From: Alphaproteobacteria bacterium
GTDB taxonomy: Bacteria; Pseudomonadota; Alphaproteobacteria; JASGCL01
Reading direction: 5' to 3'
NCBI GenBank assembly: GCA_051010635.1
Contig: JBPCVJ010000022.1
Span: 38,985 to 102,984 of the forward strand
Length of the DNA: 64,000 bases
Below the pieces are notes generated by a model, which did not search any database, was not told the DNA's origin, and saw only the letters and a program-made list of their open reading frames with translations. A program made the position numbers and the translations under genes. Below are positions 1 to 10,967 of this stretch, in pieces. Numbering within the stretch: the stretch's first letter is position 1; the number at the start of each line of letters is the position of its first letter.

Positions 1-833
1 TAAATCGGGCATTACAATTTTTTCTTGATATAAAAATTACTATTTTTTATCCAGTATTATTACAAGTTTTTGATTATTGGCAAGATAAGAAAACAATTAC
101 ACCTGAAGATGTCATTGCTATCATTGAAGAATTAGAAAATTTTTTATTCATACGCATGTTATATTTAGGAAGTCCAACAGCAGGTTTAAACAAACTAGTG
201 CTTTTTATTATTGGTAATATTGAGGATAACATTAACCGATCCTCTTACTTAAATATTTTATTATATTATTTACATGATCCTAATAATTATTATAATTATC
301 ATATAAATTACAAGGACGCTTCTTCTTTAGCAGAGGTAATAAAAAATTATCATTTTCAAGGATTTGAAAGATTGCGACCATTATTAAATAAATTGGAATA
401 TGATTTACAATTAAAAAAAGAATTTGTTGATGTTAATAATAACAATATATCCACTGAACATATTTTACCACAAAAAATTCCAGTCGGTTCGCAATGGGAA
501 AAAGATTTCGGTAAGAATGAAGGTGATGACCATATAGAATATTGCTATAAACTTGGCAATATGACCCTGACTGGTTATAATTCTGAATATTCTAATAACG
601 AATTTTCTGAAAAAAAATCATGCGAAAATGGTTTTGATAAAAGCCCCCTTGCACTAAATAGTTTTCTTAAACAATGCGACAAATGGACAAAGCAAGAAAT
701 AGATAAAAGAACCGCTGAATTAGCAGAAAAATTAGCCAAATTAATCTTTCCTAGAGAAAGTAATTATTCTCCTAAAATTATACTTAAAACCAAAACACTT
801 GATGAAAACGAGGACGAGGACGAGGACGAATAA
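1..833 (+). CDS. GmrSD-like DUF262/DUF1524 HNH nuclease, C-terminal part (5' end outside window)
   Basis: Frame is open from position 3 to the stop at 833. STEHILPQ...LGNMTL...NSEYSN is the DUF1524 HNH signature. AT-rich DNA. Confidence 0.8.
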   Translation, partial: NRALQFFLDIKITIFYPVLLQVFDYWQDKKTITPEDVIAIIEELENFLFIRMLYLGSPTAGLNKLVLFIIGNIEDNINRSSYLNILLYYLHDPNNYYNYHINYKDASSLAEVIKNYHFQGFERLRPLLNKLEYDLQLKKEFVDVNNNNISTEHILPQKIPVGSQWEKDFGKNEGDDHIEYCYKLGNMTLTGYNSEYSNNEFSEKKSCENGFDKSPLALNSFLKQCDKWTKQEIDKRTAELAEKLAKLIFPRESNYSPKIILKTKTLDENEDEDEDE

Positions 834-838
834 CCCCC

Positions 839-1447
839 TCAGCTCAACCCCCGTTCCAACTTGCCAATGATGTAAGATAGCCAATGGTAAAATTCTTCAG
901 CCTGTGGTATGCGGTTCACTATCGGTTCGTGAAAAATAATCATCAATACCAATAATAAAAATCCTGCCACTGCCAGCCCCAATAATAAACCAATAATGGT
1001 AAACCAATCCACCCTTCTGTGTGATGGCAAATAAGGGCTTTGGTTTTTCATCTTTTTTTTGAATGTTTTTAACCTATCTTGGTTGGCTTGATAGGTTTGA
1101 TAATCTGTATCGCTCATGCGTGATATATCCAATGATAACATATCATCATCTGCCGCATCATTAACAGCGGTGTTTTTTACAGCCGCCACAGGGGCGGGTA
1201 TTTCGCTTGGCATCTGCGGCAGATCATTTACATTTTTTGCCTTGCCCTTATCTTTTGCCATATCTTTTTCGACAAGATGGGGTTTGGCACTTGGGACATC
1301 GCTTGCCAATAACATACCCTTATTGGCTTGCCATTCATAAAAACAATAGGGGCAACGCACCCGCTGAAAACGGGTTGTCAAAAGACCCGATGCCACCGTG
1401 GCATTTTTTTGACAAGACGGGCAAGGTAATTTATAAATGGTTGCCAT
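839..1447 (-). CDS. MJ0042-type zinc-ribbon membrane protein
   Basis: N-terminal CPSC...VRCPYCFYEW, low-complexity linker, one C-terminal TM helix. Confidence 0.7.
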   Translation of the reverse strand: MATIYKLPCPSCQKNATVASGLLTTRFQRVRCPYCFYEWQANKGMLLASDVPSAKPHLVEKDMAKDKGKAKNVNDLPQMPSEIPAPVAAVKNTAVNDAADDDMLSLDISRMSDTDYQTYQANQDRLKTFKKKMKNQSPYLPSHRRVDWFTIIGLLLGLAVAGFLLLVLMIIFHEPIVNRIPQAEEFYHWLSYIIGKLERGLS

Positions 1448-1578
1448 ATATTTGTAATATAAATTTTTATTTTTTCGTTCGCATTATAGGTTCATTGCAA
1501 TTTTTTTGCCATTTGTTTTTTCTTGATTTTCGGTGAATAAAAAGACTATAGCAATCATAGCTATTTTAAATAAAAACA

Positions 1579-3570
1579 TTGCAAAAAATAATAAACCCTA
1601 CCGCCATAGAAACTATGCCTTTGTTGGCATCGGCAGTGCGTGCCTTAAGCGTTGCCATGGTTGAGCGGGCACAATCGGGACACCCAGGCTTGCCATTGGG
1701 CGCCGCCGATGTGGCATCGGTGCTTTTTGCCCGCCATCTTTTTTATTCCCCCGAAAATCCCGATGATATTTTTCGTGACCGATTTATTTTATCGGCAGGT
1801 CATGGCTCGGCAATGCTTTATAGTATTTTGCATCTTTTGGGTTATCAGGGTTTTCCCCTTTCGGTTTTACAAAAATTTCGTTCGCTCAATTCAATAACCG
1901 CGGGTCACCCCGAATACCATATAACGGCGGGCATCGAAACCACCACCGGACCACTCGGGCAAGGGCTAGCCAATGGAGTGGGTATGGCACTTGGCTTAAA
2001 AAAAATTTTTAATACCGCACCCGCACCAAAAGTCTATGTTTTGCTGGGTGATGGTTGCCTGATGGAGGGCATATCAGAAGAAGCCATATCATTCGCTGGG
2101 CATTTAGAATTGGATAATTTGATATTGCTGTTTGATGATAACCATGTATCAATTGATGGTAATACCAACCTTGCCACCCGCACCGACCAAGTGGCAAGGC
2201 TGTCTGCCAATGGGTTTCACACCATATCGGTTGATGGGCATGATGTGGTTGCGATTGATAAATCATTAGCCGAAGCCAAAACTATAAATAAACCTAAATT
2301 GATAGCGTGCCGCACCACCATCGGCAAAGGCGCCCCCAGCAAACAGGGCACCGCGGCGGTGCATGGTGCAGCTTTGGGTAAAGATGAAGCCATGATAGTT
2401 TTAAAAAACCTTAATATCCCCGATGCCGAAAAATTCTTAGATGATTTTATATTACCACCCGCATGGGTTGATGCTTGGCACCAGCTTGCCAAAAACAAAA
2501 CTGCCCTTTATGCTGAAAAAAAACACGCATTGATAAAACAATACCCAACTATCAAAAAACCCGATAACCATATCAACCATTTTAGCCAACCATTAAAAGT
2601 TGATATAAAAAATTATAAATTAACCACTATCAAAGAAAAAAAATCCATCGCCACCAGAGTCGCCAGCCAACAGGTGATTTCTATTTTTTGTAAATTCTTG
2701 CCACAATTAATAGGCGGGTCAGCCGATTTAACTGGCTCAAATGGCACAAAAATTAATGAACAAACTATTATCAATAAAGATAATTTTGGCGGGCAATATA
2801 TTCATTACGGGGTGCGCGAACATGGTATGGCGGCGATGATGAATGGTTTGGCATTGATCGGATTCATTCCATATGGTGGCACTTTTTTGGTATTTAGCGA
2901 TTATATGCGTGGTGGCTTGCGATTATCGGCGGTGATGAAACAAAAAGTGATTTATGTTCTAACCCACGATTCGATAGGCGTGGGGGAAGATGGACCCACC
3001 CATCAACCCATCGAGCATTTGGCGGCTTTGCGTGCCATACCACATCTATTGGTGCTACGGCCTTGCGATGCGATTGAAACCATAGAATCTTGGCAAATAG
3101 CCTTAACCCATCAACAACCATCGGTCTTGGCATTATCACGACAAAATTTGCCAGTTTTACGCTATGATAAAGATGTTGATGACAATAAAACAGCCATGGG
3201 GGGCTATATTATCTATGGGGCAGAAAAACAACGCTCCTTAACTTTTTTGGCAAGCGGGTCAGAAGTTTGTTTGGCGATCGAGGCCGCACAAGATTTAGAA
3301 AAAAATGGCAAACGGGTGGCAGTGGTATCAATACCATGTTTTGAATTATTTCGCCAACAAACAGCAACATGGCGTAGCCATATTTTGGGCGATGCACCAA
3401 TCATAGCGATCGAAGCGGCAGCCAAACAACCATGGCACGAATGGCTACGCCATGGCGATGAATTTATTGGGCTAGATGATTTTGGCGCATCAGCACCCTA
3501 TAAGGATATTTATCATCAACGGGGTTTATATAAAGAAAATATCTTGAAGATTGCTGGTAAATTGCTATAA
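1579..3570 (+). CDS. tkt: transketolase (start may be ATG 1615)
   Basis: SGHPGLPLG, DRFILSAGHGS, GDGCLMEG, YGVREHGM, THDSIGVGEDGPTHQP. Confidence 0.97.
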   Translation: MQKIINPTAIETMPLLASAVRALSVAMVERAQSGHPGLPLGAADVASVLFARHLFYSPENPDDIFRDRFILSAGHGSAMLYSILHLLGYQGFPLSVLQKFRSLNSITAGHPEYHITAGIETTTGPLGQGLANGVGMALGLKKIFNTAPAPKVYVLLGDGCLMEGISEEAISFAGHLELDNLILLFDDNHVSIDGNTNLATRTDQVARLSANGFHTISVDGHDVVAIDKSLAEAKTINKPKLIACRTTIGKGAPSKQGTAAVHGAALGKDEAMIVLKNLNIPDAEKFLDDFILPPAWVDAWHQLAKNKTALYAEKKHALIKQYPTIKKPDNHINHFSQPLKVDIKNYKLTTIKEKKSIATRVASQQVISIFCKFLPQLIGGSADLTGSNGTKINEQTIINKDNFGGQYIHYGVREHGMAAMMNGLALIGFIPYGGTFLVFSDYMRGGLRLSAVMKQKVIYVLTHDSIGVGEDGPTHQPIEHLAALRAIPHLLVLRPCDAIETIESWQIALTHQQPSVLALSRQNLPVLRYDKDVDDNKTAMGGYIIYGAEKQRSLTFLASGSEVCLAIEAAQDLEKNGKRVAVVSIPCFELFRQQTATWRSHILGDAPIIAIEAAAKQPWHEWLRHGDEFIGLDDFGASAPYKDIYHQRGLYKENILKIAGKLL

Positions 3571-3625
3571 TTTACTTTGGCAAAAATTTTATATGATGAT
3601 GGCAAAAAATATAGCATAAAATATC

Positions 3626-4465
3626 ATGATAGATAAACCCACCATCAGTGCCGAACATCAAGCCATAGCAAACAAATTGGCAAGCGCTTTTATTGATGAA
3701 GAAACTTTTCCTACCGATGTGGTTAGTTTTTCAGAAGACGATGCCTTTTCTATCAAACGAGCCATGTTTCGTATTTTAAAAACAACCTTGCCAGAAAAAA
3801 AACCAATGGTCAAAATTATTGGTCGCAAAATTGGTCGCAATGATAATGTTGGGTTAATAGCCACCCCAATTTATAGACAGGGCGAGCGGTCATCTCACCC
3901 CTTGCCAAAAAATTTAATCGGGCTAGAGCCAGAATTGGCAGTGGTGTGGGGCAATGAATTACCCGCCCGCATAAAAAATGAAAAAGATTTTTATCAAGCC
4001 TTAAAAGATGTTGGTGGTCAATTGGTGCTGGGGGTTGAAATTTTAGCCAATCGTTTTCAAGTGCCTCCCCTGCCGTGGCATGAAAAAAACCGCCCCGATT
4101 TTTCTATTATTTTGGCTGACCACTTGCATCAATGGGGTTTTGTTGTTGGGGATAAAATAGAAACCATTGATGTGGCACGGCATTACCATCAAGAATCTTT
4201 TGCTTTTCATTATGGCGATAAAACCATCAAAGCCGGTAGTGCAAAATTGGCTTTTGGTAATCCCATCAATATGTTGTGGCAATTTTATCAAACTCGCCCT
4301 TTCAATCCCCTAACCACCACCGAACAATTTAATACTGGCGATATTATTACACTTGGCAGTCTGTTTGGCTCAGCCCTGCCATTGACCAAAGGCGATGTAA
4401 AACCCAATGATAAAGTTTTGTTTGAATTTCCCGGTTTTGAGCCTTTGGAAATTATTTGGCAATAA
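3626..4465 (+). CDS. divergent fumarylacetoacetate-hydrolase-fold protein (2-keto-4-pentenoate hydratase-like)
   Basis: EPELAV, VEILANRF, AD...GFVVG, GNPINML, GDIITLGS pattern. Confidence 0.6.
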   Translation: MIDKPTISAEHQAIANKLASAFIDEETFPTDVVSFSEDDAFSIKRAMFRILKTTLPEKKPMVKIIGRKIGRNDNVGLIATPIYRQGERSSHPLPKNLIGLEPELAVVWGNELPARIKNEKDFYQALKDVGGQLVLGVEILANRFQVPPLPWHEKNRPDFSIILADHLHQWGFVVGDKIETIDVARHYHQESFAFHYGDKTIKAGSAKLAFGNPINMLWQFYQTRPFNPLTTTEQFNTGDIITLGSLFGSALPLTKGDVKPNDKVLFEFPGFEPLEIIWQ

Positions 4466-4469
4466 TATT

Positions 4470-5507
4470 TTATAAGATAGTTTTTCGCAAAATAATATAA
4501 GGCAAAAAATTTATCAAACACCGACTGATAAACACCCAAACGGCAAGAAAAAAATGGCGTTGCCCTGCTAGGAAAAAAAATCTTAGCCATGCCGATAGAT
4601 AACGATAAAACAGCCAAGGCCTTATCACCATAGAACGCATCTGTTCTAACAAAAACCACCCTATTTCATCAGCGATATTTTTTTTTATCGCACCATACAA
4701 TGATGGATGATAAAATTTTTGAAAATCATCAAGGGTAATGGTATGGTGGGTATCAAGCGGGTCGGGCAGATTTTTTTGCCTTGCCTCGACCGACAAACGC
4801 ACCATCATACCAAAAATGAATTTTTTAAAATATGCTCGGGTTATGCCATGCCGATGTTTGCGATAATAATAAAGCGGTTGGGGCAGGTTTTTGATAATAC
4901 CATTTTTTTCTAACAAACGATAACACCAATCGCTATCGCTACCACTGGGCAAAGGGCGATAGGAAATTTTTTGATAGATAGATTTCCTCACCAATAGGGT
5001 AGGGAAATGGCAAGAAAAATTTTTTTTATTTTTATCAATCAGTGCGGTTGGCGGTTTAGCGATTTTAATTTTTTTACCCCGTTTGATATAAAAACCGCTA
5101 CCGATGGCAGAAAGATGATGATTTTTTTCTATATGTTCAAGTAAAATTTGCAATCTCTCAGCGGCGGATTCATCATCGGCATCTTGCCACAAAATATACT
5201 GCCCCACAGCCTGTGCCACCCCTACCTGTCTAGCACCTGCATCCCCTAGATTTTTTTTATTGCGAATAATTTTTATTCGCTTATCTTTGGCTTGATAAAA
5301 TTTGGCAATATCATAACTATTATCGCTTGAGGCATCATCAATTATCAACAATTCAAAATCGTGCATGGTTTGTGCCAAAACCGATTCAATAGCATAACGA
5401 AGATAAAGGGCGGCATTAAAAACTGGCATCACCACCGAAACCAGCCTTGATGGTTTGGTTTTATGTTTTGGCAAATTATGGTAGCGTTTTGGCATCATAT
5501 AAATCAA
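4470..5507 (-). CDS. glycosyltransferase family 2
   Basis: VSVVMPVFN, IIDDASSD, QDADD, YYYRKH. Confidence 0.9.
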   Translation of the reverse strand: MIYMMPKRYHNLPKHKTKPSRLVSVVMPVFNAALYLRYAIESVLAQTMHDFELLIIDDASSDNSYDIAKFYQAKDKRIKIIRNKKNLGDAGARQVGVAQAVGQYILWQDADDESAAERLQILLEHIEKNHHLSAIGSGFYIKRGKKIKIAKPPTALIDKNKKNFSCHFPTLLVRKSIYQKISYRPLPSGSDSDWCYRLLEKNGIIKNLPQPLYYYRKHRHGITRAYFKKFIFGMMVRLSVEARQKNLPDPLDTHHTITLDDFQKFYHPSLYGAIKKNIADEIGWFLLEQMRSMVIRPWLFYRYLSAWLRFFFLAGQRHFFLAVWVFISRCLINFLPYIILRKTIL

Positions 5508-5599
5508 TTTGATATTTTTTATTTACCCCGAATGATGTTTTTTTACTAGATTTTTTTTATTTTTTGGGTTAAGAAAGCAATATAAAAATACAAAATATC

Positions 5600-5992
5600 A
5601 TGATAATATCTAAACTTACATTTTTCACCGCACCATTATTGTTTCTAACCATAAGCCTAGGGTTGGCATCACAATCTATGGCACAGGCAGGCGGCGATGT
5701 GCCATCGGCTATGTTGCAACTTTTACCTTTGGCACTGATATTTGCCATTTTTTGGTTCTTGCTCATCCGCCCGCAAATGAAAAAACAAAAAGAACATCAA
5801 GCCAAAATAGCGGCAGTCAAAAAGGGCGATGCGATTGTTTTATCATCAGGTATTTATGGCAAAATCACCCAGTTGATTGATGACAATCGGATTGAGGTAG
5901 AAATTGCATCTGGAGTCAGGGTCAAGGTCGCCAAATCCATGTTGGCGGATGTGGTGAATCCCAACGCCCCTTCAGCTGTGCAAAAAAAATAA
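5600..5992 (+). CDS. yajC: preprotein translocase subunit YajC
   Basis: FWFLLIRPQMKKQKEH, KGD.IV..SGIYGKI; upstream of secD. Confidence 0.95.
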   Translation: MIISKLTFFTAPLLFLTISLGLASQSMAQAGGDVPSAMLQLLPLALIFAIFWFLLIRPQMKKQKEHQAKIAAVKKGDAIVLSSGIYGKITQLIDDNRIEVEIASGVRVKVAKSMLADVVNPNAPSAVQKK

Positions 5993-6021
5993 TTTTTAAA
6001 AAATAAAAGTGCTATCCATCC

Positions 6022-7584
6022 ATGGTACTTGATTATCCTCTTTGGAAAAGAATATTGGTGTTTTGCATCATGGGTTTGGGGTTTGCATATGCCTTGCCGA
6101 ATTTTGTGCCCGCCTTACAAAATAAAAATGCCAGCGAATTTTTTGCCCCAGGCTCGCAACTCAATTTGGGGCTTGACTTAAAGGGCGGTGCCTATTTGCT
6201 GTTAGAAATTGATAGCGAAGAATTTATCAAAGAAAAAATTATTAGATTGGAAGATGATATAAGAAATCTTTTGCGTGAAAATAATTTTGGTTATTTAGCT
6301 TTAAGCCATGATGACACATCGGTGCGTTTGACGGTGCGTGATAATGATGTTGCCATGATTGAAACATTGTTAGAAAAAAATTATGCCAGCCATAATTTTG
6401 TCGCCACCGCAGCAAACACCCCATCGGTGATCGAGATTGATAGAAATGGCAATGGATTTCGTTTGCGCTATTCTAATCAAGGGCGTGATGAATTAATAAA
6501 ACAATTACAAGACCAAGCCGCCAATATCGTAAGAAGGCGGGTTGATGCATTGGGGAATAAAGAGGCCGCCGTATCACCACAAGGATCTAGCCGCTTGATG
6601 GTGCAGGTGCCCGGCGAAAAGGACCCCGAAAACTTAAAATTGGCAATAGGAAAAACTGCCAAATTATCATTTTATTTATCTGCCGAAGCGGGGGATCCAA
6701 GTTTTACCTTTTATGATGAAATCGGGCAAGGTTATAATCTGGCGGCAACCCCTGTGGTGGGTGGCGATGATTTGGAAGATGCGGGGGCAAGTTTTTCAGA
6801 TGGTCAGCCTGTGGTGACTTTTCGTTTTTCGGGCAAAGGTGCAAGAGACTTTGCCAAAGCCACCACCGAAAATGTCGGCAGACCATTATTCATCGTGCTT
6901 GATGGCAAAATTATCAGCGCCCCCAATATCCGCCAACCCATCACTGGTGGCAATGGTATCATCACTGGCAATTTCACCACCAACGAAACCAACCAATTGG
7001 CATTGTTGCTAAAGGCTGGGGCATTGCCCGCACCCTTAAAGATATTGGAAGAACGCTCGGTCGGGGCGGGATTAGGGGCGGATAGTATTCAAGCGGGCAA
7101 AGTGGCATCATTTATCGGTTTCATAGCGGTATTGATGTTGATGGTTTTTATCTATCGTTTGCCAGGGTTTTTTTCGGGTATCGCCTTGATGGGCAATTTG
7201 ATTTTGCTATTGGGTATTATGACCGCTTTTCATTCCACCCTCACCCTGCCAGGCATTGCGGGGGTTGTTTTAACCATGGGTATAGCGGTGGATGCCAATG
7301 TTTTGATTTATGAAAGGGCAAAAGAAGAATTATTAAAGGGCAAATCGGTCATACACAGCTGGCAAGATGGGTTTCGTTTTGCCTTTGCCACCATTTGGGA
7401 TAGCCATTTAACCAGCCTGTTTGCGACATTATTATTATTTTTATTTGGCTCAGGACCTATCAAGGGTTTTGCCCTCACCCTATCGCTTGGCATTATGACA
7501 TCACTTTTTTCGGCTATCATGGTAACCCGTATGTTGGTGGTATGGTGGTTAAAAAAATACAAACCACAAACCATGGGATTTTAA
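6022..7584 (+). CDS. secD: protein translocase subunit SecD
   Basis: LGLDLKGG, RRRVDALG, LKAGALPAP, GIAVDANVLIYER. Confidence 0.97.
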   Translation: MVLDYPLWKRILVFCIMGLGFAYALPNFVPALQNKNASEFFAPGSQLNLGLDLKGGAYLLLEIDSEEFIKEKIIRLEDDIRNLLRENNFGYLALSHDDTSVRLTVRDNDVAMIETLLEKNYASHNFVATAANTPSVIEIDRNGNGFRLRYSNQGRDELIKQLQDQAANIVRRRVDALGNKEAAVSPQGSSRLMVQVPGEKDPENLKLAIGKTAKLSFYLSAEAGDPSFTFYDEIGQGYNLAATPVVGGDDLEDAGASFSDGQPVVTFRFSGKGARDFAKATTENVGRPLFIVLDGKIISAPNIRQPITGGNGIITGNFTTNETNQLALLLKAGALPAPLKILEERSVGAGLGADSIQAGKVASFIGFIAVLMLMVFIYRLPGFFSGIALMGNLILLLGIMTAFHSTLTLPGIAGVVLTMGIAVDANVLIYERAKEELLKGKSVIHSWQDGFRFAFATIWDSHLTSLFATLLLFLFGSGPIKGFALTLSLGIMTSLFSAIMVTRMLVVWWLKKYKPQTMGF

Positions 7585-7605
7585 ACCAAGAAAGGAAACA
7601 ATATT

Positions 7606-8541
7606 ATGTGGAAAAAATTGCGTGCCAAACATCATTTTGATTTTATCAAATACCGCCCTTGGCATGTTGGGTTGGCAGGGTTTATCATTCTTATTTCGGC
7701 AATTTTATTTTTTACCAAAGGGTTAAATTATGGCATTGATTTTAAGGGCGGGGTGTTATTAGAAATAAAAACTGCCCCCAACATCGGCATTGCCGATATT
7801 CGTGCCAAAACCGCATCTTTACCAGTGAAATCCTATTCATTACAAGAATTTGGCGCCCCTGATATTTTGCTGGTTAATATCGATAAAGATGAAACCGCAT
7901 CGCCCGAAACAATTTTACAACAGGCAAAAAATATCTATGGCGATTCGGTTTTGGAATATAGGCGGGTTGAAACGGTGGGGCCAGTGGTAGGAGATGAATT
8001 AAAAAAATCGGCTATCTGGGCAGTTTTGGCAGGTCTTTTGGTGATGTTTATCTATGTTTGGTTGCGTTTTGAATGGCAATTTGCTTTGGGCGGTATATTG
8101 GCATTGTTGCATGATGTGGCGGCTACCATAGGTTGGTTTTGTTTAAGCGGATTAGAATTTAATTTGGTATCGGTGGCGGCGCTTTTAACCATAGCGGGTT
8201 ATTCTATCAATGATACGGTGGTGATTTATGATAGGTTGCGTGAAAATATCCGCCTAACGCCAAAAAAACCTTTGAATGAATTGATGAATATTTCTATTAA
8301 CGCCACCCTATCACGCACCATCTTAACTGCCACCACAACCCTTATGTCAATGTTGGCACTTGCGATATTTGGCGGAGCGGCAATACAGGGTTTTGGTATA
8401 ACCATGGTGTTTGGCATTATTTTTGGCACCTATTCTTCCATCGCTTTATCTTTACCAGTGGTGGCTTATTTTCGCCCAAAATCTGCCAAAGGTATGCATG
8501 GCTATGGCGATTTATTTGTAAAAAAAGATAAACAACCATAA
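7606..8541 (+). CDS. secF: protein translocase subunit SecF
   Basis: GIDFKGG, VGPVVGDEL, GYSINDTVVIYDRLREN. Confidence 0.97.
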   Translation: MWKKLRAKHHFDFIKYRPWHVGLAGFIILISAILFFTKGLNYGIDFKGGVLLEIKTAPNIGIADIRAKTASLPVKSYSLQEFGAPDILLVNIDKDETASPETILQQAKNIYGDSVLEYRRVETVGPVVGDELKKSAIWAVLAGLLVMFIYVWLRFEWQFALGGILALLHDVAATIGWFCLSGLEFNLVSVAALLTIAGYSINDTVVIYDRLRENIRLTPKKPLNELMNISINATLSRTILTATTTLMSMLALAIFGGAAIQGFGITMVFGIIFGTYSSIALSLPVVAYFRPKSAKGMHGYGDLFVKKDKQP

Positions 8542-8564
8542 TCACATCGGCTATCATATTTATT

Positions 8565-8948
8565 ATGGATATTTTACCCCTTTCCAGTGATGGTAAATTT
8601 GCTATCTGTTCTTATGGTAGTGGCGGTTTTGTTATTAGAGACGACAAGGGGCAAGAGCAAGAATGGCAAGGTGCAATTTTTATCAAACCCGATGGGGTGG
8701 TGCCTATAACCTATAAAAAATTTGATGATATGAAATTAACAGAAATTATTCCCCTATTGCCATTAAAATTGGAATTGCTATTGATAGGTTGTGGCAACAA
8801 AATGACCATGCCAGATCGTCAAGAACAACAGCGTTGGCAAGTTTTAGCCAATGGTGTAGAATGGATGGCAACCGCCGCCGCGGCACGCACCTATCAAATC
8901 GCCATCGATGAAGGGCGATTGGCAGCCGCATTGTTATTGGCAATTTGA
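8565..8948 (+). CDS. Mth938-like (DUF498) protein
   Basis: SYGSGGF, LLLIGCG, MATAAAARTY..AIDEGRLAAALL; usual alphaproteobacterial neighbour of secF. Confidence 0.85.
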   Translation: MDILPLSSDGKFAICSYGSGGFVIRDDKGQEQEWQGAIFIKPDGVVPITYKKFDDMKLTEIIPLLPLKLELLLIGCGNKMTMPDRQEQQRWQVLANGVEWMATAAAARTYQIAIDEGRLAAALLLAI

Positions 8949-8958
8949 AAAAAATACC

Positions 8959-8990
8959 TTGCAGATTTTAGCGAATCATAAGATAAAAAT
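8959..8990 (+). promoter_or_regulatory. putative sigma70 promoter with GANTC site (TTGCAG-N8-GAATC)
   Basis: TTGCAG 8959-8964 and GAATC 8973-8977 directly upstream of the REase ATG. The -10 element is ambiguous. Confidence 0.4.
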
Positions 8991-8993
8991 ATT

Positions 8994-9827
8994 ATGTCGC
9001 CTTATCAAGATTTTATCAACCGACTAAAGTTATTAATAAAAAAAAATCCACAATTAATAACCACTACCTTAAGTAATATTTTCACTTGTCGCTTAATAGG
9101 TAATAAAACACATGGCGACCTATCAGAAATTGCAATAGCAGAATTTATTAATCAATTTATGTATGATTATCAAGCCATTCATGTTGGCAAAGATTTATTT
9201 CGTGCAAAAGATAAAGAACAAGATATAAAAATTAAAAATGAAATTACTGGCAATGAATTTCCCGTTAGCTTAAAAGCATATGGACTTGGTCCATTACAAT
9301 TATCAACCGATAAGAATAATACTATGTTTCCAGCATTGCAACCATTGAAAAACAAAACAACTGATAAAAAAACCATTGATAATTTATGGCAATTACCAGC
9401 CTTTAAAAACTTTGATGACATACATATTTTGCCGTTAATTTATGATGAAAAAGAATATAAATGCAATATTTTAATATTTAATACTTATAAAGCAAAAAAT
9501 AATACTAAAAGCGTTACTTTATTGACGAAAGGGCATGGACGCAAACATCCCGTTTATATATTTTTAGATAAAGATAAAAATTATATTTGTGAAGTTCGTT
9601 ATGGAGATAAGTCTGCTAATGCTTTACAAAGAGGTCTTTGGACAAATACTGAAAAAGCAATAGAATATTTTGATTCTTTAACAGACGGTTGGATAAGCTA
9701 TCAACAAAATAAAATTTTGGTACAATTTTTTTCTTATGCCTTAATTGCCACCACCGAGGGAATTGAATTAGCTACAGAGAAATTAAAAAATGATATTGAT
9801 GAACAAAAAAATAATTTAAATAAATAA
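8994..9827 (+). CDS. putative Type II restriction endonuclease
   Basis: AT-rich ORF 9 bp upstream of a DNA MTase; E...QDIKI...VSLK resembles a PD-(D/E)xK core. Confidence 0.65.
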   Translation: MSPYQDFINRLKLLIKKNPQLITTTLSNIFTCRLIGNKTHGDLSEIAIAEFINQFMYDYQAIHVGKDLFRAKDKEQDIKIKNEITGNEFPVSLKAYGLGPLQLSTDKNNTMFPALQPLKNKTTDKKTIDNLWQLPAFKNFDDIHILPLIYDEKEYKCNILIFNTYKAKNNTKSVTLLTKGHGRKHPVYIFLDKDKNYICEVRYGDKSANALQRGLWTNTEKAIEYFDSLTDGWISYQQNKILVQFFSYALIATTEGIELATEKLKNDIDEQKNNLNK

Positions 9828-9836
9828 AATAATATC

Positions 9837-10964
9837 ATGACAACAGAATTATCTACAAATTTATCAACAGAAACACCTTATCAGCTATCTGGTCAACCGT
9901 TGATAACTGAAGGCATTAAATACACTGGATCAAAAAAGAAACTCCTGCCACAAATTTTATCTTTAGTTGCTCAAATAAATCCAAACAGCATTTTTGATGG
10001 TTTTTCGGGAACAACAAGGGTATCGCAAGCTTTTGCACAATCTGGCTATCAAGTTATTGCCAATGATATTTCTATTTGGTCAGAAATTTTTGCCAATTGT
10101 TATCTGTTAAATAAACAACCAGCATCATATTATCAAAAAATGATAGATGAGCTTAATCATCTTAAACCAATGGCAGGGTGGTTTTCAGAACATTACGGCG
10201 GCTTACCATCAGCAATAAAAAAACCATGGCAAAAGCATAATACCATGAAGCTTGATGCCATCAGGCAAGAAATTGCTAATTGGCAATTAAACAAAATTGA
10301 AGAATCGGTTTTATTAACCAGTTTAATTCATGCCATGGATGCGGTAGACAGCACAATAGGACATTATGCCTCTTATTTGCATCATTGGTCAAAGCGTTCT
10401 TACAAAACAATGAAAATGAAAATGCCACATTTACATTTTTATAAAAAAAATCACATAGTGCAAAGACAAGATATTTTTTCTGCTATCAAAGAAGCAACTG
10501 TTGACTTGGCTTATTTTGATCCACCATATGGTTCAAATAATGAAAAAATGCCGCCATCACGAGTGCGTTATGCGGCTTATTATCATCTATGGAAGACAAT
10601 TATCCTAAACGATCGCCCCCATGTTTTTGGCAAATCGTCACGGCGATATGATTCATCGGATACCATAGCAGCTTCAGTATTTGAAGAATTTAGAAAAGAT
10701 GATGGAGGGCATTTTATTGCAGTTAATGCAATTAAAAAACTATTATGCGATACCCGTGCCAAATATATTTTGCTATCTTATAGTTCAGGCGGGCGAGCAA
10801 CCATTGATGAATTATATGATGCTATGGCTACAGCAGGCAAATTAAAAAAAATTGTAGAAATAGATTATCGTAAAAATGTCATGGCAGATATGACATGGAG
10901 CCAAAAATGGATAACAAATACCGCAACTCCTCATAAAGAATTTTTATTTTTGATTGAGAAATAA
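9837..10964 (+). CDS. N6-adenine DNA methyltransferase (Dam/D12 class, alpha motif order)
   Basis: KYTGSKKKL, FDGFSGT (motif I), YFDPPY (motif IV), LSYS. Confidence 0.9.
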   Translation: MTTELSTNLSTETPYQLSGQPLITEGIKYTGSKKKLLPQILSLVAQINPNSIFDGFSGTTRVSQAFAQSGYQVIANDISIWSEIFANCYLLNKQPASYYQKMIDELNHLKPMAGWFSEHYGGLPSAIKKPWQKHNTMKLDAIRQEIANWQLNKIEESVLLTSLIHAMDAVDSTIGHYASYLHHWSKRSYKTMKMKMPHLHFYKKNHIVQRQDIFSAIKEATVDLAYFDPPYGSNNEKMPPSRVRYAAYYHLWKTIILNDRPHVFGKSSRRYDSSDTIAASVFEEFRKDDGGHFIAVNAIKKLLCDTRAKYILLSYSSGGRATIDELYDAMATAGKLKKIVEIDYRKNVMADMTWSQKWITNTATPHKEFLFLIEK

Positions 10965-10967
10965 TTC

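Noticed and set aside
808-830. (GAGGAC)3 at the end of the first nuclease
   Set aside because: Short in-frame acidic tail with no switching consequence
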